Below, piece by piece: positions 8,257 to 19,071 of a stretch of 35,885 bases of DNA. The stretch spans positions 1 to 35,885 of the forward strand of contig JACMKK010000052.1 in NCBI GenBank assembly GCA_014380115.1, given 5' to 3'. The first letter of the stretch is position 1, and each line of letters starts with the position of its first letter. Under the pieces are notes generated by a model. The model did not search any database, had not been told where the DNA came from, and saw nothing but the letters and a program-made list of their open reading frames with translations. A program made the position numbers and the translations under genes. Source of the DNA: Luteimonas sp. GTDB lineage: Bacteria; Pseudomonadota; Gammaproteobacteria; Xanthomonadales; Xanthomonadaceae.

Positions 8257-8277
8257 CATGCCGTCGCCGACGGCATG
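8257..8277 (+). terminator. Hairpin after YdcH-family gene (possible terminator or stabiliser)
   Basis: Perfect 9-bp stem catgccgtc/gacggcatg 11 nt after the stop; poor U-tract. Confidence 0.35.
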
Positions 8278-8460
8278 ACTTCGTAGTCGCGGGCGGCGCC
8301 GGCCATCCTCGTCGGCCGTCGCCGCCCGCGTGCTGTTCGCCCCTTCTCTCCCTTGCCCAAGGCGGCCGCAGGCCGGTCGAGCGATGAGTGGTGTCCGCAT
8401 GAGGTTCCAGCGGATAATTCGACCGCGGCCGCGCAACGCGGCGTCATCGTCGATTTCCGC

Positions 8461-9837
8461 ATGCCGATCCATTCCTCCGTCCTCGAACTGATCGCCGACA
8501 CGCCGATCGTCAAGGCCCAGCGCCTGGCCACGGGCGTATGCGAGCTCTACTTCAAGCTCGAGAACCAGAACCCCGGCGGATCCATCAAGGATCGCATCGG
8601 CATGAGCATGATCGACGCGGCCGAGAAGCGCGGCGACATCGCGCCGGGGGTGACGCTGGTCGAAGGCACGGCCGGCAACACCGGCATCGGCCTGGCGCTG
8701 GTGGCCCGGCAGAAGGGCTACAAGCTGATCCTCGTGGTTCCCGACAAGATGAGCCGCGAGAAGATCTTCAACCTCAAGGCGATGGGCGCGGAGGTGGTGC
8801 TGACCCGTTCGGACGTGGCCAAGGGGCATCCCGACTATTACCAGGACCTCGCCGCGCGCATCGCCACGGAAACTCCGGGTGCCTATTTCATCAACCAGTT
8901 CGGCAATCCCGACAACCCCGCCGCGCACGAGTTCGGCACCGGCCCGGAAATCCTGCGGCAGATGGCCGAAGTGGGCGGGCTGGACGCCATCGTTTTCGGC
9001 TGTGGCAGCTCCGGCACGATGACCGGGCTGTCGCGCTGTTTCGCCGAGCATGCGCCGAATGTGGAACTGATCCTTGCCGATCCCGTCGGCTCGATCCTGG
9101 CCGAATACATCAACGAGGGCACGCTGAGCGAGAAGTCCGCAAGCTGGATGGTGGAAGGCATCGGCGAGGATTTCCTGCCCGCGATCTCGGATTTCACGCG
9201 CGTCAAGCAGGCCTACGCCGTGACCGACAAGGAGAGCTTCCTGGCCGCGCGCGAGTTGCTCGAGCAGGAAGGCATCCTTGGCGGATCGTCGACAGGCACG
9301 CTGCTGCATGCGGCCCTGCAGTATTGCCGCGCGCAGGCGGTGCCGAAGAAGGTGCTGATGTTCGTCTGCGACACAGGCAACAAATACCTGTCGAAGATGT
9401 ACAACGACTACTGGATGCTCGACAACGGGTTCCTTGAGCGCCAGCCGCACGGCGACCTGCGCGACCTGATCGTGCGCCAGTACTCGCAACGCGACACCGT
9501 GGTGGTCGGGCCGAACGACCTGCTGGTCACCGCCTACCAGCGCATGAAGCTATACGAGATATCGCAACTGCCGGTGATGGAGGACGAGAAGATCATCGGC
9601 ATCCTCGACGAAAGCGACGTACTGCTGCACGTCTACGGCGACGAGGCGCGGTTCCGCGACCCGGTGTCGACGGCGATGGTCAGCAAGCTCGACATCCTCG
9701 ACGTGAAATCGCCGGTCGAGTCGTTGCTGCCCGTGTTCGATCGCGGACACGTCGCGATCGTGGTCGACGGCGACCAGTTCCTGGGCCTGATCACGCGGAT
9801 CGACTTGCTGAACTACCTGCGCCGCCGCGTTCAGTAA
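8461..9837 (+). CDS. cbs: Cystathionine beta-synthase (PLP-dependent, C-terminal CBS domains)
   Basis: KLENQNPGGSIKDRIG (PLP Lys), EGTAGNTGIGLA, GCGSSGT, VEGIGEDFLP, KYLSKMYNDYW and a C-terminal CBS pair (SQLPV...GLITRIDLL). Start ATG 8461. Confidence 0.93.
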   Translation: MPIHSSVLELIADTPIVKAQRLATGVCELYFKLENQNPGGSIKDRIGMSMIDAAEKRGDIAPGVTLVEGTAGNTGIGLALVARQKGYKLILVVPDKMSREKIFNLKAMGAEVVLTRSDVAKGHPDYYQDLAARIATETPGAYFINQFGNPDNPAAHEFGTGPEILRQMAEVGGLDAIVFGCGSSGTMTGLSRCFAEHAPNVELILADPVGSILAEYINEGTLSEKSASWMVEGIGEDFLPAISDFTRVKQAYAVTDKESFLAARELLEQEGILGGSSTGTLLHAALQYCRAQAVPKKVLMFVCDTGNKYLSKMYNDYWMLDNGFLERQPHGDLRDLIVRQYSQRDTVVVGPNDLLVTAYQRMKLYEISQLPVMEDEKIIGILDESDVLLHVYGDEARFRDPVSTAMVSKLDILDVKSPVESLLPVFDRGHVAIVVDGDQFLGLITRIDLLNYLRRRVQ

Positions 9838-9859
9838 GGCGCGGCCGATTTGGGACGGA

Positions 9860-9868
9860 TGGTAGAAT
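9860..9868 (+). promoter_or_regulatory. Possible extended -10 promoter for metB and downstream glycan genes
   Basis: TG-G-TAGAAT in the 41-nt cbs-metB gap. Confidence 0.4.
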
Positions 9869-9878
9869 CCGCGGCCGA

Positions 9879-11084
9879 ATGACGGGATCGACGGGCATGA
9901 AGAACGAAGGCGGGAAGGGCCACACCGGGGCCGATCATTGGGCGCTGGGCACCAAGGCCATCCACGCCGGGCAGTCTCCGGATCCCAGCACAGGCGCGGT
10001 AATGCCGCCGATCTACGCGACCTCGACCTATGCCCAGTCCAGTCCGGGCGTGCACCAGGGTTTCGAATATTCGCGTACCCACAATCCGACCCGTTTCGCC
10101 TACGAGCGCTGCGTCGCCGGCCTCGAAGGCGGCAGCCGCGGGTTCGCGTTCGCGTCCGGCCTCGCGGCTACGGCGACCTTGCTCGACCTGTTCGAAAGCG
10201 GCAGCCACGTCATCGCGATGGACGATCTGTACGGCGGCAGCTATCGCCTGTTCGAGCGCGTGCGCCGGCGCAGCGCCGGCCTGGATTTCAGCTACGTCGA
10301 TCTGACCGACGCCGGCGCGCTCGAGGCTGCGATCCGGCCCAACAGCAAGCTGCTCTGGGTCGAGACCCCGACCAACCCGATGCTGAAGATCGTCGACCTG
10401 CAGGCGGTCGCGGCGATCGCCCATCGCCATGGCCTGCTAGTCGCGGTCGACAACACCTTCGCCTCGCCGATCCTGCAGCGTCCGCTCGAACAGGGCGCGG
10501 ATCTCGTGATGCATTCGGCGACCAAGTTCCTCAACGGCCATTCCGACATGGTCGGCGGCATGCTGGTGGTCGGCGATAACAGCGAGCTGGCCGAACAGAT
10601 CGCGTTCCTGCAGAACTCGGTCGGCGCGGTGCAAGGACCCTTCGACAGTTTCCTCGCGCTGCGTGGCCTCAAGACCCTGCACCTGCGCATGAAGGCCCAC
10701 TGCGACAACGCCGCTGCACTGGCCGAATTCCTGCAGGGGCATCCGGCGATCGAGCAGGTGATCTATCCCGGGCTCGCCTCACATCCGCAGCATGCGCTCG
10801 CGCGGCGACAGATGGACGGCTTCGGCGGCATCGTCTCGATCGCGATCAAGGGCGGTCCCGAAGCCGCGAAGCGCTTCTGCGAACGCACCGAGCTGTTCAC
10901 GCTGGCCGAATCGCTGGGCGGCGTCGAAAGCCTCGTCAATCACCCCGCGATCATGACCCACGCCTCGGTTCCTCCGGAAAGGCGCGCCGTGCTGGGGATC
11001 GCCGACAACTTGGTCCGCTTGAGCGTGGGAATCGAAGCGCTCGATGACCTGCGCGCGGATCTCGATCGCGCACTGGGCGCATGA
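9879..11084 (+). CDS. metB: Cystathionine gamma-synthase/gamma-lyase (Cys/Met metabolism PLP enzyme)
   Basis: [55 protein letters not shown] (PLP Lys), [10 protein letters not shown]. Start may be 9898. The cbs-adjacent position also fits gamma-lyase activity. Confidence 0.92.
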   Translation: MTGSTGMKNEGGKGHTGADHWALGTKAIHAGQSPDPSTGAVMPPIYATSTYAQSSPGVHQGFEYSRTHNPTRFAYERCVAGLEGGSRGFAFASGLAATATLLDLFESGSHVIAMDDLYGGSYRLFERVRRRSAGLDFSYVDLTDAGALEAAIRPNSKLLWVETPTNPMLKIVDLQAVAAIAHRHGLLVAVDNTFASPILQRPLEQGADLVMHSATKFLNGHSDMVGGMLVVGDNSELAEQIAFLQNSVGAVQGPFDSFLALRGLKTLHLRMKAHCDNAAALAEFLQGHPAIEQVIYPGLASHPQHALARRQMDGFGGIVSIAIKGGPEAAKRFCERTELFTLAESLGGVESLVNHPAIMTHASVPPERRAVLGIADNLVRLSVGIEALDDLRADLDRALGA

Positions 11085-11187
11085 CGGCGGACCGCCGCGT
11101 CGGCAGGCACGTGTCGATGGTGAACGAAATGCGATCCAATGCCATAGACGCTCGAGCACGTGACGCTTGCATAAGCGGAAAAGTGCG

Positions 11188-13575
11188 ATGACGCCAGCCG
11201 CCCCACCAGGCCGCATCGCGCTGTCGCTGCACCCTCTTCACCATCTGGAGCAGGAGCACGCGGTCGATGGCCGCGACCGCTGGAGTGCCGTCGGCGTCGA
11301 TCCGCAGTTTCGCGTGTTACATCACGACGGCGAGCGATTCGATGCCGGCTGGTATCTGCTGGAGCTGGAACTGCACGTCGAAGAGGGCTACCTCGACAAC
11401 CCGTGCTTCTATCCCGACTATGGCCAAGGATCAGGCGACCAGGCAAGGGTGCCGATTCCCAAGCCAGAGACGCCGTACGCCACATTGAGAACGGTGGTGC
11501 GCTTCGACCACGACGTCCGCCGCCTGCGCTTCGATCCCTCCACCGCGCCATGCGTCTTTCAGATCGGCACGATGCGTTTGACGCGGATCGGCAAGCTCGC
11601 GGCCGCAGGCCTTATGCTGCGCCGCCTGGCCTCGCGCATCGCGGCGCAGCCGTCGCTGTTGCGCGTGGTGTCGTCGGACCTGGTCGCTGCCATCCGTGCC
11701 GGCGGCGTGCGCGGATTCGGCGACTGGCTGTATCGCTTCCATGAAGCGCATCATGTCGGCATATCGCTCGACTACCAGGCATGGATCCAGCGTTTTGATA
11801 CGTTGAACGAAGGCGACCTGCGTCAGATGCGCGACCGCGCGCGCTCGTTCGCGCACAAGCCCGTGATCTCGGTGCTGGTGCCGGTCTACAACACGCCCGA
11901 GGAATGGCTGCGCCGTTGCATCGACAGCGTGCTGGCCCAGGTCTACGGGCATTGGCAACTCTGCATCGCCGACGACGCTTCGACGGCGCCGCACGTGGCG
12001 CGGGTGCTCGCGGAATACGCCGCGCGCGATCCGCGCATCACCGTGGTGTCGCGCCCGGTCAACGGCCATATCTCGGAAGCGTCCAACAGTGCCCTGCAGG
12101 CCGCGACCGGCGCCTACATCGCGTTGCTCGACCATGACGATGAGCTGGCGCCGCACGCGCTCTACCTCATGGCGAAGGCGATCAACGAGCAACCCGCGTT
12201 GAAGCTGATCTATTCGGACGAAGACAAGCTCGACGACCAGGGCGTGCGTTTCGATCCGTATTTCAAGCCGGACTGGAACCCGGAGTTGTTCCTCAGCCAC
12301 AACATGGTCTGTCACCTGACGGTGTACGAGGCCGGGCTCATCCGCAGCCTCGGCGGCTTCCGGCGCGGCTTCGAAGGCAGCCAGGACTACGATTTGGCGC
12401 TGCGCTGCGTGGCGCGGCTGGACGCGGGTGAAATCGGACACGTTCCGCACGTTCTCTACCACTGGCGCGCCATCGCCGGTTCTACCGCCCTGTCCGGCGG
12501 CGAAAAGTCGTACGCCCAGGAGGCCGGCAAGCGCGCGCTCGAAGAGCATATGCGGGCCACCGGCCATCCCGACGCGCAGGTCACGCCCGTGACCGGCGGC
12601 TATCGCGTGAAGCGTTCGCTGGGCAGCGCCGAGCCCAAGGTCAGCCTGATCATCCCGACCCGCGACCGCGTCGACCTGCTCGAACGCTGCGTGGAAAGCA
12701 TCCTCGACGTGACGAGTTACCGCAATCTCGAACTTCTCATCGTCGACAACCAGTCCAGCGAGCCGGAAACCCTCGCCTATTTCGACAAGATCGCCGCACG
12801 CGGCAACATTCGCGTGTTGCCTTACGACGCGCACTTCAACTACTCGCGGATCAACAATTACGCCGCGCGCCAGGCCACGGGCGAGGTGTTGGGCCTGATC
12901 AACAACGACATCGAGGTGATCCACGCCGACTGGCTTGAAGAAATGGTGACCCATGCCATGCTTCCGCAGAACGGTGCGGTCGGCGCGATGCTGTACTACC
13001 CGGACGATCACATCCAGCATGCCGGCGTGATCATCGGCCTGGGCGGCGTCGCCGGACACGCCTACGTTTCGATGCCGCGCGGATTTCCTGGCCAGCACCA
13101 CCGCGCGCAACTCACGCAGAACCTGACTGCCGTCACTGCGGCCTGCCTGTTGGTGCGACGCAGCGTGTTCGAGGAGGTCGGCGGGCTGGACGAGTCGCTC
13201 GAGGTCGCCTTCAACGACATCGATTTCTGCCTGCGCCTCGCCCAGCGTGGCTACCGCAATGTCTGGACGCCTTGGGCAGAGCTCTACCACTACGAATCGG
13301 CGACGCGCGGCTACGAGGACAGCCCGCAGAAGAAGGAACGCTTCGATGGCGAAGTCGCCAAGATGCAGGCGCGCTGGGGCAGGTCATTGCTGTGGGATCC
13401 CGCCTACAACCCGAACCTGGGCGTAAACGGCCACAATTTCCCGTTGGCGATCCCGCCGCGGCTGCCGATGAGGGAATCGCTGCGCAGTGGCCGCGCAGTA
13501 CTCGTCCATCCGGGCCCCGTGATTCCGCATACGACGGTGCCTGAGGCAAGGACCGACGGAGCCGGACTTCGATGA
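11188..13575 (+). CDS. Double-GT2-domain glycosyltransferase with N-terminal accessory domain (O-antigen backbone, rhamnosyltransferase-like)
   Basis: GT2 #1 ISVLVPVYN...ADDAS...LLDHDD...YSDEDK...GSQDYDL; GT2 #2 VSLIIPTRD...VDNQS...LINND...FNDIDFCL...HYESATRG. First gene after metB. Confidence 0.92.
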   Translation: MTPAAPPGRIALSLHPLHHLEQEHAVDGRDRWSAVGVDPQFRVLHHDGERFDAGWYLLELELHVEEGYLDNPCFYPDYGQGSGDQARVPIPKPETPYATLRTVVRFDHDVRRLRFDPSTAPCVFQIGTMRLTRIGKLAAAGLMLRRLASRIAAQPSLLRVVSSDLVAAIRAGGVRGFGDWLYRFHEAHHVGISLDYQAWIQRFDTLNEGDLRQMRDRARSFAHKPVISVLVPVYNTPEEWLRRCIDSVLAQVYGHWQLCIADDASTAPHVARVLAEYAARDPRITVVSRPVNGHISEASNSALQAATGAYIALLDHDDELAPHALYLMAKAINEQPALKLIYSDEDKLDDQGVRFDPYFKPDWNPELFLSHNMVCHLTVYEAGLIRSLGGFRRGFEGSQDYDLALRCVARLDAGEIGHVPHVLYHWRAIAGSTALSGGEKSYAQEAGKRALEEHMRATGHPDAQVTPVTGGYRVKRSLGSAEPKVSLIIPTRDRVDLLERCVESILDVTSYRNLELLIVDNQSSEPETLAYFDKIAARGNIRVLPYDAHFNYSRINNYAARQATGEVLGLINNDIEVIHADWLEEMVTHAMLPQNGAVGAMLYYPDDHIQHAGVIIGLGGVAGHAYVSMPRGFPGQHHRAQLTQNLTAVTAACLLVRRSVFEEVGGLDESLEVAFNDIDFCLRLAQRGYRNVWTPWAELYHYESATRGYEDSPQKKERFDGEVAKMQARWGRSLLWDPAYNPNLGVNGHNFPLAIPPRLPMRESLRSGRAVLVHPGPVIPHTTVPEARTDGAGLR

Positions 13576-14438
13576 CTACTTCGCGGCCTGCCATGACTGA
13601 CGGTTCTGCACGCGCCCCCCGCAATCGCGCCATGGCCCTGCTGACCGGCCCGTTCGACGTCTTCGGCCGACACCGCAATCTCGTGCGCGAGTTGACCCGC
13701 CGCGACGTCCTCGGTCGCTATCGCGGCGCCAGCTTCGGCATGCTCTGGTCGCTGATCGGACCGTTGATGATCCTGGCGATCTACAGCATCGCCTTCGGCC
13801 AGATCTTCAAGAGCCGCTGGCAGCAGGTTTCGGGGGACAACGCCGAATTCGGGATCGTGCTGTTCCTGGGCATCATCGTGCACGGCTTCTTTGCCGAATG
13901 TTTCTCCAGGGCGCCGCGGTTGATGATCGACAACGCCAACTATGTCAAACGCGTCATCTTTCCGCTGCATGTCCTGCCCTGGTCGGTCGTGTTTTCCGCC
14001 CTGTTCCACATGGCAATGAACCTGATCGTGTTCGTCGTCCTCAGCGCGCTGGTCTATGGCAGGTTTTCACCGCTGATCTTCCTCGTGCCGGTCGTCGTCG
14101 CGCCACTGGTGTTGCTGACCGTATCCATCACGTGGGTGGTCGCGTCGCTTGGCGTGTATGTGCGCGATATCCAGCAGGCCACACCGGTGATCGTCACGGC
14201 AATGTTCTTCCTGTCGTCGGCTATCGTTCCCGTCGATACGCTGCCGCCGAAGTACCAGGCCATCTTCCACCTCAATCCATTGACGTTCTTCATCGACCAG
14301 GTGCGCAACGTCGCGCTTTGGGGCAGGGCGCCCGACTGGTGGGGGCTGGCGCAGTACACGCTCGCGGGCCTCATCGCGCTCTATCTCTCCTATGCCTGGT
14401 TCCGTGCAACCAGCAAGGGATTCGCCGATGTCCTCTGA
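13572..14438 (+). CDS. wzm: ABC-2 polysaccharide exporter permease
   Basis: RYRGASFGMLWSL, NYVKRVIFP, LGVYVRDI, LNPLT; about six TM segments. Start could be 13593. Confidence 0.95.
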   Translation: MTTSRPAMTDGSARAPRNRAMALLTGPFDVFGRHRNLVRELTRRDVLGRYRGASFGMLWSLIGPLMILAIYSIAFGQIFKSRWQQVSGDNAEFGIVLFLGIIVHGFFAECFSRAPRLMIDNANYVKRVIFPLHVLPWSVVFSALFHMAMNLIVFVVLSALVYGRFSPLIFLVPVVVAPLVLLTVSITWVVASLGVYVRDIQQATPVIVTAMFFLSSAIVPVDTLPPKYQAIFHLNPLTFFIDQVRNVALWGRAPDWWGLAQYTLAGLIALYLSYAWFRATSKGFADVL

Positions 14439-15780
14439 GGTCGTCATCAGCCTGGACGGTGTCGGCAAGTCGTATCCATCCTTCGACAAGCCCTACCAGC
14501 GGCTTCTGCACACGCTGCTGCCCGGCAGGCAGGCGAAAGACGAGTTCCAGGCGCTGCGCAACGTGAGCCTGCAGGTGCGCCGCGGCGAAGCCATCGGCAT
14601 CATCGGCAAGAACGGCTCGGGCAAGTCCACCATGCTGCAGATCATCGCCGGCATCGTGCAGCCTTCCAGCGGCGTCGTCCGGACCCATGCGCGCATTTCA
14701 GCCCTGCTCGAGCTCGGCGCGGGTTTCAACCCGGAGTTCACCGGCCGCGAGAACATCGGGCTCAACGCCAGCCTGCTCGGCCTGAGCGCTGCCCAGATTG
14801 CCGAACGGATGGACCAGATCATCGCGTTCGCCGAGATCGGTGATCACATCGAACAGCAGGTCAAGACTTATTCCAGCGGCATGTTCGTGCGCCTGGCGTT
14901 CGCCGTGGCCGTGCATACCGATCCGGACGTGCTGATCGTCGACGAGGCCCTGTCGGTCGGTGACATCTATTTCCAGCGTAAATGCCACAAGCGTATCGAG
15001 CAGATGCGGCAGCAGGGCTGCACCCTGTTGTTCGTGACGCACGCCATCGATTCGATGCTGCGCCTGTGCGATCGCGGCGTGCTGCTCGAACGCGGCGAGC
15101 TGGTGTTCGACGGCGAAGCGAAGCTGGCGGTCAAGGAGTACCTGCGGCGTTTGTTCGGCGACAATTCTCCGGACACCGGCGACGACGGGGCGAACGACGC
15201 CGCAGCATTCGCCCAGGAAAATACCGACGACGACGAACTCACCGCCTTCCTCAACGGCGGACATGTGGATCGCTTCGCCTCGCGCCCGGGCTACAACCGC
15301 GACGAGACGCGGGTCGGCGAAGGCAGTGCGGTGACCTGCGACTACCTGATTTCCAGCAGCCATGGTTATGGCCCGCTGGTGGCGGCACGCGCGCCATTCA
15401 AGCTGTACGTCCGCTACAGCCTGCCGAATGCGCTCGACCGCCTGATTTTCGGCGTGCGCGTATGTACGGTGACCGGCGCGGTGGTGTACAGCTCCAACAC
15501 CTTCGTATCCAGCGGCCAGCTGTATGCCTGCGAGCCGGGCACGGTCGCGATCGCCGAATTCGACCTGCGTTGCTCCTTGTTGCGTGGCCACTACTTCGTC
15601 ACCGTCGGCGTGTCGCGATTCGACCAGACCGGCAGCGAGATCGTCGCCATCGACCGGCGCGCCGATTCCATCGTGCTGAACGTGCTCGGCGACAACACGC
15701 ATGCCGAGGGCCTGGCGGATCTCGAGGCCAGCATTTCGATCGGTGACCGTGGAATCGGTCGCATCCGGGTGCTCGCGTGA
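14428..15780 (+). CDS. wzt: ABC polysaccharide exporter ATPase with C-terminal carbohydrate-binding (Wzt_C) domain
   Basis: [42 protein letters not shown], then an ~170-aa beta-rich C-terminal domain (LIFGVRV...VYSSNT...GHYFVTVG). Confidence 0.95.
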   Translation: MSSEVVISLDGVGKSYPSFDKPYQRLLHTLLPGRQAKDEFQALRNVSLQVRRGEAIGIIGKNGSGKSTMLQIIAGIVQPSSGVVRTHARISALLELGAGFNPEFTGRENIGLNASLLGLSAAQIAERMDQIIAFAEIGDHIEQQVKTYSSGMFVRLAFAVAVHTDPDVLIVDEALSVGDIYFQRKCHKRIEQMRQQGCTLLFVTHAIDSMLRLCDRGVLLERGELVFDGEAKLAVKEYLRRLFGDNSPDTGDDGANDAAAFAQENTDDDELTAFLNGGHVDRFASRPGYNRDETRVGEGSAVTCDYLISSSHGYGPLVAARAPFKLYVRYSLPNALDRLIFGVRVCTVTGAVVYSSNTFVSSGQLYACEPGTVAIAEFDLRCSLLRGHYFVTVGVSRFDQTGSEIVAIDRRADSIVLNVLGDNTHAEGLADLEASISIGDRGIGRIRVLA

Positions 15781-18700
15781 AACACGCCTTGCGCGACACA
15801 TTGCTCGTTTCGTGCGCCAACGGCGGTGGCGTATTCCTGCTCGATGGCGCAGGAATCGAGCGCATATCGACGGTGGAAACGACCGGGATCGCGATGACGC
15901 CGCACGGATTGCTCCTGGCGCGGCAGTCCGACGGTAGCAATCGGCTGCGGCGGCTCGACGGCGGAACCCTGCAGACAGTGCAGCTTGCGGACGATCCGCT
16001 GGACCTGCACGACGTGGCGTGGCACGACGGGCACGCCTACGTCGTCAGTACGGAATTGAATGCCGTGCTGAAGCTCGACGCGGATTTGCGCGAAGTGGAA
16101 CGCTGGACACTTGCCGGAGAACACGACTCCGCGCACCTGAATTCCATCTGCGTCCACGACGGTCGCCTGCTCGGCTCGAGATTCGGCGCATTCGAGCAGC
16201 ACCGCGGCTACAAGGGCGCGACTCGTGGCGCCGGCCATGTCATCGATGTCGTCTCGGGCGAGGTGCTGCTGACGGGCCTGTCGCAACCGCATTCGTTGAA
16301 GTCGCACGATGGCATGCTGTGGCTGTGCGACTCCGAGACGTACACGCTGCGCGCCTATCGGGATTTTGCGCAGGTCGCCGAGTATGCGTTGCCGGGTTAC
16401 GCGCGCGGACTGGCGTTCGGTGCTGACGAGGTCTATATCGGGTTGAGTCGCAGCAGGAACGACGCTGAAAGCCCGCTGCAGTGCGCGCGCGTGGTCGCCC
16501 TCGACCGCGTCACCATGGCGACGCGTGCCAGCGTCGAGCTGCCGGTCGACGAGGTCTACGACATCTGTCTGTTCCAGGGCGACCGCGACGCGTTGCGCGC
16601 GGCCGCGCTGGTCGAGGCCAACGAGGAAGCGATTTGGGTCGAGCACAAGCGCGCCGCCATCGAAGCGGAACTCATCGAGCGCGACGCGCGGCTGAGTGCG
16701 CTCAACGCCAGGCTGGTCGACGTCCACGGGGCGTGCGCGGCCGCCGGACGCCATGCCGAAGCGCTGGCACGTGCCGCGTCGCAGCTGGAGACCCAAGCTC
16801 GCGATGCGCGCGACCAGGAGCGCGAGCAACGCACATGGGCCGACATGCAAGGGACATCGCTGACGGCATGGCGCCAGGCGGCGGAGGCGTTGCTGGCGTC
16901 GCGCTCGTGGCGGTTCACCAAGCCGCTGCGCCGGCTGTCGTCGTGGCTGGGACGACCCGCCGAGGTCGCGCGTCCAGACCCGGCTCCCGATCGCGCGATG
17001 CTGCCGATATTCGGACTGGCTTTCGAGGAAGTCGCCGAGCCGGTCGTGTCCATCGTGGTCTCGGCCTACGGACAATTCCAGCACACGCTGGCATGCCTGC
17101 GTTCGATCAATCGACACGCCGGCGACATCGCCTACGAAGTCATCCTCATCGAGGACGCCTCAGGCGAAGCGGAGATGCAACGGTTTCGCAGCGTTCCCGG
17201 CTTGCGGTACCACGTCAACGTGGAAAACCTCGGCTTCCTCAGGTCCACCAACCAGGCGCGCGAGCTGGCGCGCGGCGAATACATCCATTTCCTTAACAAC
17301 GACACGGTCGTCGGCCCGGGATGGCTGGCACCGATGTTGCGCTTGTTCGAGACCGTTCCCGAATGCGGCCTGGTGGGTTCCAAGCTCCTCTACCCCGACC
17401 AACGCCTGCAGGAAGCCGGGGGGATCGTCTGGTCGGACGGCGATGCCTGCAATTTCGGTCGCTCGGACGACCCGATCAGGCCGCTTTACAACTTCGTGCG
17501 CGAGGTGGACTACGTATCGGGCGCGTCAATGCTGATGCGGACCGAGACGTTCCGGAAGTTGGAGGGCTTCGACGAGCGATATGCGCCTGCTTACTACGAG
17601 GACACGGATCTGTCGTTCCGGCTGCGCGCGAACAGTGAATTGAAAACTTACTTCCAGCCTGCTTCCGAAGTGATGCACCACGAAGGCGTCTCGCACGGGT
17701 CGGACATCGACAGTGGTGTCAAGGCCACGCAGAGCGTCAACCGTGGCAAATTCATCGACCGCTGGAACGAGACGCTGCGGCGCGAGAACCTCCCCCCTGG
17801 AATGCATCCGTTTCTCGCCAGGGACCGTGCACAACTGAAGAGGACGGTCCTGATCGTGGACCGCCATGCGCCGCGGTCGGACCGCGACGCCGGTTCCCGC
17901 GCCATCCGTCAGCTCATGCGCGTGTTGCAGCTAAAAGGAATGTCGGTGAAGTTCTGGGCTCAGGAGCCAGAACCCGACGCGGCTTATGTCCTCGATCTGC
18001 AGGCGCATGGGTTTGAGTTCTTCCACGGCGGCGATGGCGACGGCGGATTCGAGGACTGGCTGGCCGATAACGGGCGCTACTTCGATTACGTCGTGCTCAG
18101 CCGCCCCACGGTGGCCGCAGCGCACATCGACTCGGTGCTGCGGCTAAGCACTGCGAAAATCCTGTACTACGGACACGACATCCACCATCTGCGCTATATC
18201 AGCCAGAGCAAGGTGGATCCCAACCCGGACCTGCTCGGCTTCGCGCATCATTCGCGGGTGATAGAGGAGGATCTTTGGCGCAAGGCCGACATGATCCTGT
18301 ATCCCGCGAACGGGGAAACCGACCATGTTCGACAGTGGCTGCGCGACAACGAAGTGGAAGCCATGGCGGAGACGATCCCGTTGTTCGCGTACGAACCGAT
18401 GCCCCTGGAAATCGGGGCTGGCTTGCAGCACAGACTCAACGTGCTGTTCGTCGGCGGGTTCGCGCACGCGCCAAACGAAGATGGCGCGGTGTGGTTCGCG
18501 CACAAGGTATGGCCGATCGTGCAACGCAGTTGCCCGGAGCATCGCCTCTGCCTGGTCGGGGCCGAGCCCTCCGATGCCGTCGTGAGCCTGGGCCGGTCGA
18601 ACGTACTGGTGACCGGACATATTCCCGAACACGAGTTGGTCGCCTATTACCACAGCGCGCGCGTGGTCGTGGCGCCGGTGCGGTTTGGAGCGGGCCTGAA

Positions 18701-19040
18701 GGGCAAGGTGCTGGAAGCGATGCGTTACGGCGTGCCTTGCGTCACCACGAGCACTGGCGCGCAGGGCTTGTCAGACGCGGGTTTCCTGCGCGTGACCGAC
18801 GATGTCGAAACGATGGCCAGGTACGTGATCGAGCTGATTCGCAACGACAGTGCATGGATGCAAGCGGCGCAGGCGGGCGTGGCGTTCGTGGAAGAGCGAT
18901 TTTCGGTGGATTCGGTCTGGCGCACGCTATCGCGCGTCGTCGACGCCACGCCCTACCGCGATGTCGACAGCCGCCTGCGCACCATCGAAGCCGCGACGAA
19001 ACGCGCCGCGGACGAGGCGGCAAACGCGGGCCGGGAGTGA
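15777..19040 (+). CDS. Multidomain glycan biosynthesis protein: DUF4915/TIGR03032-like beta-propeller + coiled coil + GT2 + GT4-like
   Basis: aa 1-265 [48 protein letters not shown]; aa ~270-375 heptad-rich, ending [11 protein letters not shown]; GT2 VSIVV...EDAS...FLNND...YYEDTDLSF; GT-B DRDAGS...[10 protein letters not shown]...[15 protein letters not shown] overlaps the wzt stop. Confidence 0.9.
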   Translation: MKHALRDTLLVSCANGGGVFLLDGAGIERISTVETTGIAMTPHGLLLARQSDGSNRLRRLDGGTLQTVQLADDPLDLHDVAWHDGHAYVVSTELNAVLKLDADLREVERWTLAGEHDSAHLNSICVHDGRLLGSRFGAFEQHRGYKGATRGAGHVIDVVSGEVLLTGLSQPHSLKSHDGMLWLCDSETYTLRAYRDFAQVAEYALPGYARGLAFGADEVYIGLSRSRNDAESPLQCARVVALDRVTMATRASVELPVDEVYDICLFQGDRDALRAAALVEANEEAIWVEHKRAAIEAELIERDARLSALNARLVDVHGACAAAGRHAEALARAASQLETQARDARDQEREQRTWADMQGTSLTAWRQAAEALLASRSWRFTKPLRRLSSWLGRPAEVARPDPAPDRAMLPIFGLAFEEVAEPVVSIVVSAYGQFQHTLACLRSINRHAGDIAYEVILIEDASGEAEMQRFRSVPGLRYHVNVENLGFLRSTNQARELARGEYIHFLNNDTVVGPGWLAPMLRLFETVPECGLVGSKLLYPDQRLQEAGGIVWSDGDACNFGRSDDPIRPLYNFVREVDYVSGASMLMRTETFRKLEGFDERYAPAYYEDTDLSFRLRANSELKTYFQPASEVMHHEGVSHGSDIDSGVKATQSVNRGKFIDRWNETLRRENLPPGMHPFLARDRAQLKRTVLIVDRHAPRSDRDAGSRAIRQLMRVLQLKGMSVKFWAQEPEPDAAYVLDLQAHGFEFFHGGDGDGGFEDWLADNGRYFDYVVLSRPTVAAAHIDSVLRLSTAKILYYGHDIHHLRYISQSKVDPNPDLLGFAHHSRVIEEDLWRKADMILYPANGETDHVRQWLRDNEVEAMAETIPLFAYEPMPLEIGAGLQHRLNVLFVGGFAHAPNEDGAVWFAHKVWPIVQRSCPEHRLCLVGAEPSDAVVSLGRSNVLVTGHIPEHELVAYYHSARVVVAPVRFGAGLKGKVLEAMRYGVPCVTTSTGAQGLSDAGFLRVTDDVETMARYVIELIRNDSAWMQAAQAGVAFVEERFSVDSVWRTLSRVVDATPYRDVDSRLRTIEAATKRAADEAANAGRE

Positions 19041-19071
19041 TCTTGCGTTCGCGTCGCAAACACCGCGTCCC

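Noticed and set aside
8461-11084. Functional link between cbs-metB/speD (SAM metabolism) and the four methyltransferases
   Set aside because: metB borders xanthomonad LPS loci regardless of methyltransferase content, so adjacency is not evidence.
11085-11187. JUMPStart/ops element ahead of the O-antigen genes
   Set aside because: No GGCGGTAG-type sequence is present.
11431-13290. 619-aa antisense ORF (and similar long shadows: 8239-9489, 15591-17117, 3490-4641, 29571-30743, 5466-6545)
   Set aside because: They lie opposite well-supported genes, have no recognisable motifs, and are expected from high-GC codon bias.
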